From positions 1 through 32,805 of the IMG/VR virus record IMGVR_UViG_3300012952_000063: 32,805 nt of DNA; one strand, written 5' to 3'. A program made the translations under genes and the position numbers. The stretch comes from a virus. Its lineage: Duplodnaviria; Caudoviricetes. Below the pieces are notes generated by a model that saw only the letters and a list, made by a program, of their open reading frames with translations, searched no databases and was not told the DNA's origin. This document shows positions 27,501-32,805 of the stretch, piece after piece; the stretch's first letter is position 1; each line of letters starts with the position of its first letter.

Positions 27501-29447
27501 ACCTGTTGGATTTGCACCAGATTGGTCAAAGAGTAATTTATTTTCTCCTGTTGATTGTAATCCATCTTCCAGAATTAAAGTTGTTTCTTCTGGTTGTGCA
27601 AACACCTCGATAATAGTACCAACATTACCAACATAGTTTGCATGACTACTTTGTGCATAAGTCCCTATGAATACAATTGATGAACCATTGATACCAATGT
27701 TTGCAGAACCCCTTACTTCTTCAAATACTGAAAATGGAATATTACCACCCTGTGCAGTTATGTTTTGTGTTACATCTGCTCTCTTAACTCTTACCACAAC
27801 ATTTTCTGGGTCATATACTAAGAGGTTATTATGTTTATCTCTTCCAGAGAATGTAGTCTGACCACTAGTTGCAACAAATTCAAATGCACCAAATGTAGTT
27901 CCACTCTCTAGAAAAATATCTCCAGATGTAGATGTAACTTCACCTAATGCAAGTGTCCCACCAGAATCGGTGTTATCAAATACAACTAAGTCACCATCTT
28001 CATATCCTGTACCTCTCTGTGCTGGGTCTACTAAAACTTTTTCTACTTTACCATCTTCAATATTACCTACAAGTGTTTTTGCAAATTGACCAACACCAAG
28101 TTCTGATTGTGGTAAATTAACTGTAACATTTTCTGATATAGAATATAATGCACCCTGTGATGCTTCTTCTGATTTCATTGCACCACCAATCACTGCTTCT
28201 GTTTGTGGTGTATTAACTGTTTCTCTTACCATGATAGGTTTTTTACCATGGACTTCGTTTAAACTATTATCTGTTTGTGTTCCTTCTTCTAAAAGAATTA
28301 AGTTGTTTACATCTAATGCAATACTGTCTGTTGCAGTTTCCAACATGATACCTTCTGTATCATCTGATTCAGATGCAAAGAATCCTGTTCCTGTTCCAGA
28401 CTCAAGTCTGAACATAACATTACCATTGTCTTTATCAAGGTCTTCAACAATACCTCTAACAATTGCATTATGGAATTTGTCTGGTGTTTCTCTTGATTGT
28501 AATTCTACTCTATCACCAATATCTAATGAACCTATGAAAGGCTCCATGATTACCAATCGGTAAACATTATCTCCTTCTCCAGATGTTACTCTTGTAATTG
28601 TATCTGCTTGTATTTCAGTAACAATCTGTCCCTCTTTCGTTTTAACTATTTTTCCTTTTGCATATTCAAGGAGATTTTTTTCTGAGAATAAATGTACTAC
28701 TGTTGATTCTGTCCATTTAGAGTTTGAGGGTTTTACGATGTTATCTCTTGGATAACTGATTTCTATATCTTCATTATATAATACTCTGAATAAGAAATCA
28801 TATGATGCCATACTACCTTTTGCAAGATAGATATCATTAATATGTTTTGCAAGTAATCTTTTATCTGCAATTATTTTTGCATCGATTGAAGGCATGAAAT
28901 CTTTTCGGAAATATTCCAAAAAGTCACCTGTGGTCTTATCGACATCTGCATAATCCAATAGATTATTTGCAGCGAACAATGCACCACCTTCAAAAGAATT
29001 TGCTTTTGCAGTATACCCACTGTTTTGACCAACAATGGTTTCACCTACTAGGAATTGTGATTCAGTGAACATCTCTATATAGAGTTTGTTAGATGTATTT
29101 CCTATAACATCAATTCTTGCAGTTGCACCAGAAGTTGACCCAACTACATATTCACCAATCTCCCATGAACCTGTTTGTGCTTGTCCAAGGTTATTTTGTT
29201 CATACAAGAATTTTGCTTTATCTAAAGGTGATGGAGAGAAGGTTGCAGTTTCTTGTATGACTGCACCTTCTCCATCTTCTAACCCAATAGTCTCTAGTTC
29301 TGTACCAGAGTTATAGATAAGAATACCTTTCTCAAGAAAGTCAAAGTATGCAGACAAAAACTTTTTGAGTCCTTGTCCTTCCTCATTGATATACTCTGGT
29401 AAGAGTTCATCAAGTTGGTCTACTATCCTGTCATTGAGAATTGGCAT
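24504..29447 (-). CDS. gp7: Baseplate wedge initiator gp7-like protein (1647 aa)
   Basis: LPEYI......FL.AYFDFLE, LLDYADVDKT, IY.AKGS..SY.FLFRVLY, and RIQDSLFYQDFSYVIK......YR..V..LL.PAG..FFGEV. Position between gp6 and gp8. Confidence 0.85.
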   Translation of the reverse strand: MPILNDRIVDQLDELLPEYINEEGQGLKKFLSAYFDFLEKGILIYNSGTELETIGLEDGEGAVIQETATFSPSPLDKAKFLYEQNNLGQAQTGSWEIGEYVVGSTSGATARIDVIGNTSNKLYIEMFTESQFLVGETIVGQNSGYTAKANSFEGGALFAANNLLDYADVDKTTGDFLEYFRKDFMPSIDAKIIADKRLLAKHINDIYLAKGSMASYDFLFRVLYNEDIEISYPRDNIVKPSNSKWTESTVVHLFSEKNLLEYAKGKIVKTKEGQIVTEIQADTITRVTSGEGDNVYRLVIMEPFIGSLDIGDRVELQSRETPDKFHNAIVRGIVEDLDKDNGNVMFRLESGTGTGFFASESDDTEGIMLETATDSIALDVNNLILLEEGTQTDNSLNEVHGKKPIMVRETVNTPQTEAVIGGAMKSEEASQGALYSISENVTVNLPQSELGVGQFAKTLVGNIEDGKVEKVLVDPAQRGTGYEDGDLVVFDNTDSGGTLALGEVTSTSGDIFLESGTTFGAFEFVATSGQTTFSGRDKHNNLLVYDPENVVVRVKRADVTQNITAQGGNIPFSVFEEVRGSANIGINGSSIVFIGTYAQSSHANYVGNVGTIIEVFAQPEETTLILEDGLQSTGENKLLFDQSGANPTGSISRVRMLTSGIGYQKLPEAFVGGEVFYEDEGLVDLFTIGETVTSGTTTGRLVDHDKGANKLIIAKLQGTTDTTTFTVGNTITGQQSGGIAVIKQSSFTRGVGAKLLPYGNNIGTVGQLRVIEEGNHFDKSSGIPDFRHHFIYGRASGIPVVDTTITGDFSSATGTVKIVNGDKNLISIEPIQGMFKKNETVTASDGITFQILEGNPATVGAKNNSISRVDGNYTSDIGFPSVTSQRIQDSLFYQDFSYVIKVGQSINNYRSVVQQLLNPAGTIFFGEVAIVNRVDGSAEGYRTGSNDDGFDGDRITRSFVPTLYIGSKIDPAKVVLEEGTVASGEEDVFYAEEQNIIYEDNSGVVVTERFLADDRLRLNLSTTDMSPSGARDFSIGETVSQNLFKTQSGDIATITGRVVDRERDENGDLVADPTFIIIDTIRPDHTAMKQLTSEGGRAGVFGLFKETHGDWKTDQSDTDIEFIHGLIGESSGKKAIINTVIDASTKTDQGSGQAFIVGQDITESDVGLYDRIIRANVTAHGHEVVKELEMYPHYVHTRIYYNTLDNALSIGQTVKGATSGKLGRVMEHDTVNKFIIVWEGADSFGANVGSFTTEGITNESGGTTHFTAITVEEHHVHENIVKVDIGHNSPVVTPPQNQVVDPNDDFDPPGTLDPNAFFKASEFYEGANRQQRKNISILQTFASSQPVSTRNTSWHNTGKIDTSSTDKETGPFLNADSKEDLNQQGLRGSANATTIAYVGGLDWGETIKSATGGSIINNLASNRERHKVPSDAKIINSVANVDEEFIITEDGSYLIEELDHGFLMAEPEPERYNSVTTTDGRYYVGDKWTVDPTEELTLEDGSRLALEDATDIEEHERFVTERSYNLGSYFMKSEIQDTLVYEDGSRIIQENAISFGEPVERLGPTLGDLARIGFSQTLKFEERITQEDGDNILMESEAGRLLVEAPYEGVKISDISTLYPNQSISDLQEHKGRTMILNYPASVQSGV

Positions 29448-29457
29448 TTAATTATCC

Positions 29458-29925
29458 TTATGCAACTGAGAAAGAATGTCCACCTATAACAACCCAACCA
29501 TATGTTGAACCAGTGTATAACATTACAACTGAATCACCAGCACTGTCAAGTGTTACTTTAGTACCACCTGTGAAAGTACCAGAAGGTGTAATTTCTGGAG
29601 AACTACCACCATCACTTACTAACACAAAGTACTTAACTTGTCCTGTAGAACCATTTCCTAATGTTAGGACATCTGTTCCACTTGAACTTGATGTTAAGTA
29701 GTGTGCCCATTTACCTGCTGTTGCAGTTGCAGCGTTCGAACTGAACGATACAGCTTCTGCTGATTGAGCAAATCCCAGATAATCTGGAAGGTTATTTAAA
29801 ACATTACTGACTGAAACCTTTTTGTTTACTGGAGTACCAGAAGGGTCGTCAATAACATGAAGCAAGTCTTCACCTGCGATGCCTGTCCCTAAGTCGGACA
29901 ATGCTGTTACTTTTTTATCTGCCAT
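29458..29925 (-). CDS. Small virion structural protein (155 aa)
   Basis: MADKKVTAL.......[21 protein letters not shown]-terminal fibre-type motif; beta-rich C-terminus ending GWVVIG. GAGG RBS. Confidence 0.75.
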   Translation of the reverse strand: MADKKVTALSDLGTGIAGEDLLHVIDDPSGTPVNKKVSVSNVLNNLPDYLGFAQSAEAVSFSSNAATATAGKWAHYLTSSSSGTDVLTLGNGSTGQVKYFVLVSDGGSSPEITPSGTFTGGTKVTLDSAGDSVVMLYTGSTYGWVVIGGHSFSVA

Positions 29926-29954
29926 TTTTAGTTCCTCTCTAATTTAGCATTATT

Positions 29955-29973
29955 AAAACCCACACCATGTGGG
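29955..29973 (-). terminator. Putative intrinsic terminator after gp6
   Basis: The - strand reads CCCACA-TGG-TGTGGG followed by TTTT (6-bp GC-rich stem, short U-tract). Confidence 0.5.
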
Positions 29974-30006
29974 AATATTACTTCATGCATACACATGAAT
30001 CATAGT

Positions 30007-31878
30007 TTAGGAGTAACTAGAAGAGGATGTATATCCAACCCCAGCACTCGTATCACCAGATGCGATGGAGTCTGTTGCTCCAGTCACACTAATCAATGAT
30101 GTGTTGATGTCTAGAAGATTACTTCTATATGCAACACTGTCATTTGAATTCGGAATCACTGTAAAGTGAATTGTATCATCGGTGTTAGATGTCTCTAATA
30201 TATTAACACCATTGACTGTTATTTTACCATTTGTATAGTCTACTGTTCCTGCTTGACTATCTGCATAAACTCTTTCTGAACCACTTAAAGAATATCGTCT
30301 TAGATTTCCATTTCCATCATCATCAAAAAAGAAAGTATCGGTGAATCCAGATACTTTAAATCCAGTGGTTGTTATAATACCACCACCAAGTTTGTTATGT
30401 CCTAGGTGAGGATTATAAAACTTATTTCCATCACCGAACTCTATATCATAACCTTTAGATTGTCCTAAAGTAGGAGATATAGTTTTTCTAAGTTTGACAG
30501 TTGTTATGTTCGAGAGAATCGAAGATTCTGCATTGTCTATGTCTGTCGCTAGAACTGAATGCCTAAAAATACTATCAAACCCACTTAGATAGGTACTGTC
30601 ATGTGTAATGATTGCAGCCCTTACTAGTGTTTCTAATTCAGATGCAGTCTTAGTAGTTGCTCTAGGATTGAACTTAAAGTTACAAGTCACTAGGATTTCG
30701 ATTACATCAGCATCTACTATTTCTGGTCTGACTGTTAACATATTTAGTCTTCTCATCTTATCTCTTAACAAAGTTTTTTCGGATGAAGTTAATTTATTTA
30801 CATTCTGTGAAGGTTTAATTGCAATGAATATCTTTCCATATTGTGGTGGATTATTATCTTCACCACCCCAGACAGAAATAGAATCTGCGCCAGGGTATAG
30901 AGTTTGCAGTTTAGACTTATAATCGTCTACTGTTACCAACCTGTTTTGTGAGGTGTAAAACTTTGAAGCTGCAAATCTAATTGATTCAATATCTTCTTTA
31001 TCTTTACCACCAGATGATGCATTCTTAGTAATGAGAGTTACATCGGAGTTACCACCAATGGAATCTGACATTGTAAATATATTTGCACCTTCTGTATGTA
31101 TTGAATTTGTTACTAGATATGATATAGTAATAGTATCACCATCTAAAGGTTCTGCACTAATAACACCATCACCAAAGTATACTTCAAATAAACCTTGGTC
31201 GTTTTCTTGTACATACCATACTTTACTGTCTTTATCTACACCACTAATATCTTCTGACTTTGCCCATGCAGATGAACCACCACCTGTTGATTGTATTGTA
31301 ACTGTAATACTTGAAGTATCAACTAACTCTTCTGATAATGCAAACCTTTGATTTTGTATCTGACCATTATATGCAAAGATATCAGAGTTCATAGTTCCTT
31401 GATATAACTTAAGGTTTTCAAATTTAAATATACCATCTAGAGGTGAAATAGTTTTTGATTCTAAAAGAACATATGGAAATACAGAACCATCATAGGATGT
31501 TTTAAATTTATGTCCTCTATTAAGAGTTAATGATGTTGGAATTTCTCCACCAATTAAAGGACTGTTTACTTGTAAATCTATTGTTGCCATAGAGGCAGTT
31601 GCACTTGTAGGAGTATATCCTATTTCTTTTGCACGAGAGACTACATTCTTTCTTATTTGTGCAGTGTCTAAGAACAATTCAGATGCAACCATGTTTGCAT
31701 TAAAAGCTGATACATGGGAACTGTATGCAAGAAGGTCAATTAATAAACTAATATTACTACCTTCGAAGTTGTAGTCTTTAAGAGTCGATTGACCCTTAAG
31801 ATATTCTTTTAGATTGGATGCAATATCATCGAAATCTAAATCAGTGATATTGACTTGTGAACTTTTTACTGTTGCCAT
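30007..31878 (-). CDS. gp6: Baseplate wedge subunit gp6
   Basis: LDFDDI..NLKEYLK.Q...KDYNFEGS....LIDLLAY, E.FLDTAQIR.NVVS.AK.IGY.P.S, FEVYFGDG, SQNRLVT.DDY and VWGGEDN.PPQYGKIFI. Confidence 0.95.
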   Translation of the reverse strand: MATVKSSQVNITDLDFDDIASNLKEYLKGQSTLKDYNFEGSNISLLIDLLAYSSHVSAFNANMVASELFLDTAQIRKNVVSRAKEIGYTPTSATASMATIDLQVNSPLIGGEIPTSLTLNRGHKFKTSYDGSVFPYVLLESKTISPLDGIFKFENLKLYQGTMNSDIFAYNGQIQNQRFALSEELVDTSSITVTIQSTGGGSSAWAKSEDISGVDKDSKVWYVQENDQGLFEVYFGDGVISAEPLDGDTITISYLVTNSIHTEGANIFTMSDSIGGNSDVTLITKNASSGGKDKEDIESIRFAASKFYTSQNRLVTVDDYKSKLQTLYPGADSISVWGGEDNNPPQYGKIFIAIKPSQNVNKLTSSEKTLLRDKMRRLNMLTVRPEIVDADVIEILVTCNFKFNPRATTKTASELETLVRAAIITHDSTYLSGFDSIFRHSVLATDIDNAESSILSNITTVKLRKTISPTLGQSKGYDIEFGDGNKFYNPHLGHNKLGGGIITTTGFKVSGFTDTFFFDDDGNGNLRRYSLSGSERVYADSQAGTVDYTNGKITVNGVNILETSNTDDTIHFTVIPNSNDSVAYRSNLLDINTSLISVTGATDSIASGDTSAGVGYTSSSSYS

Positions 31879-31879
31879 T

Positions 31880-32293
31880 TTATCTTACTCTCTGTAATAT
31901 TACTTCTAATTCTTGAGGTTCTCTACTACCTATCACACCATAATGTATATTAACATTCATAGTATTTGGTTGTGACTGATTTAAATATATTTGGTCAATC
32001 TTTACTCTAGGTTCTAACATTTCTAGTGCTTCTGATATTTGATTTCTTATTTCCATTCTTGTTATATCATCTGCAAGTTCAAATAGGAGTCCCCTAAGAT
32101 TTGCACCAAAGTTTGGTTTAAAAGGTCTTTCATAATCATTAGTCAACATAATATTTCTGACTGACCTTTTGACTGCCTCTTTATCTTGTTTTAAAACTAA
32201 ATCACCAGAAGAAGGATGTGGTGTGATATTTAAATCAATATCAGTATAGAAATTTTTTCTTGCAGTAATTTTGTTTTTACTTTGAACACTCAT
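31880..32293 (-). CDS. gp25: Baseplate wedge subunit gp25
   Basis: YTDIDL....HP..GD.....D.EAVKRSVRNI.LT..YERPF.P.FG.NL..LLFE...EPRV and C-terminal LQRVR. Confidence 0.95.
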   Translation of the reverse strand: MSVQSKNKITARKNFYTDIDLNITPHPSSGDLVLKQDKEAVKRSVRNIMLTNDYERPFKPNFGANLRGLLFELADDITRMEIRNQISEALEMLEPRVKIDQIYLNQSQPNTMNVNIHYGVIGSREPQELEVILQRVR

Positions 32294-32298
32294 AATAG

Positions 32299-32306
32299 TA
32301 TTTATG
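32299..32306 (-). promoter_or_regulatory. Possible variant late promoter CATAAATA
   Basis: One mismatch from consensus, immediately upstream of gp25 and overlapping the upstream stop codon. Confidence 0.4.
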
Positions 32307-32805
32307 CACCTTCAAGTGCTAGTTCTACAACATCTATTTGTTTTGGAAAACCAAGGAACTCTAAGAACGAACATAGAGTAAATGGTATCGGTATACCAGA
32401 TGGTATAAGCATCCCAAGATATTTTGCAAGTTTTGCTAGAACTGCTTCAAGTAACATTTGAGGTAGATTTTTTATGAAGTTATCAATTCTGTCTCTTAAC
32501 TTATCTATATTCCAGTTTGGAAAATCTACTTTTTTAAACTCACCTATTTCTTCTAAATCAATTAAGTCACCTAATGTCTCTGGTAAATCGAGTCCTACTA
32601 ATTCTGCCTGACCAGCTATTTCTGATACTACTGGTAAAGGGTATGCAAGTAATTCTGTTTGAAAATCTTTACCTGCTTCTTTAAATTGTTTTTTTAATCC
32701 CATAAGAAATGCATCGGTATCAAAATCTAGTTGACCACCATTTACAACCATGCCTGGCAAACTTATTAGTAAGTCTAGGTAATCTGTGAATGGACTTCCA
32801 GCTGC
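32302..32805 (-). CDS. Hypothetical protein, 5'-truncated by the window edge
   Basis: The frame stays open from the TTG at 32760 to base 32805 (AAGSPFTDYLDLLISLPGM...), so the real start lies outside the window. No family recognised. Confidence 0.75.
   Translation of the reverse strand, partial: AAGSPFTDYLDLLISLPGMVVNGGQLDFDTDAFLMGLKKQFKEAGKDFQTELLAYPLPVVSEIAGQAELVGLDLPETLGDLIDLEEIGEFKKVDFPNWNIDKLRDRIDNFIKNLPQMLLEAVLAKLAKYLGMLIPSGIPIPFTLCSFLEFLGFPKQIDVVELALEGA

Noticed and set aside
1033-31351. Numerous + strand ORFs of 60-156 aa in the ORF track
   Set aside because: All are antisense shadows of long - strand genes, produced by codon bias and repeats, with no recognisable motifs.
1-32805. 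tRNA, rRNA, introns, inteins, homing endonucleases, IS elements
   Set aside because: Intergenic gaps are all under about 85 bp and no diagnostic motifs were recognised.

Overview
AT-rich fragment of a T4-like myophage genome. Gene order and TATAAATA late promoters resemble marine cyanophage/pelagiphage-type T4-likes, but the host cannot be determined from this window. Every credible gene is on the minus strand. In transcription order (right to left): a truncated unknown ORF; baseplate gp25, gp6, a small virion protein, gp7, gp8; a 2136-aa VrlC/DUF4815-like structural protein; a cluster of modular fibre and virion proteins (838 aa with S74 chaperone, 111, 70, 483, 132, 431, 1349 aa); a 561-aa repeat protein; a probable fibre chaperone; and a tightly coupled enzyme cassette (2OG-Fe(II) oxygenase, APS-kinase/HxGH-nucleotidyltransferase fusion, DUF2061, DUF6065-like, TIGR02466-like oxygenase). 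Two observations stand out. (1) The 561-aa protein is mirror-symmetric: two 222-residue arms have repeat-unit lengths that form an exact palindrome around a 55-aa core, with consistent partner rules between unit types. This suggests one very long antiparallel beta-hairpin fibre, encoded just upstream of candidate modifying enzymes. (2) All 16 Pro-Gly (CCNGG) and all 6 Gly-Pro (GGNCC) codon pairs are written with rare codons so that the site overlaps a GpC, while GATC appears absent. This suggests restriction evasion by GpC cytosine modification. All family assignments come from motif recognition by eye; no searches were run.
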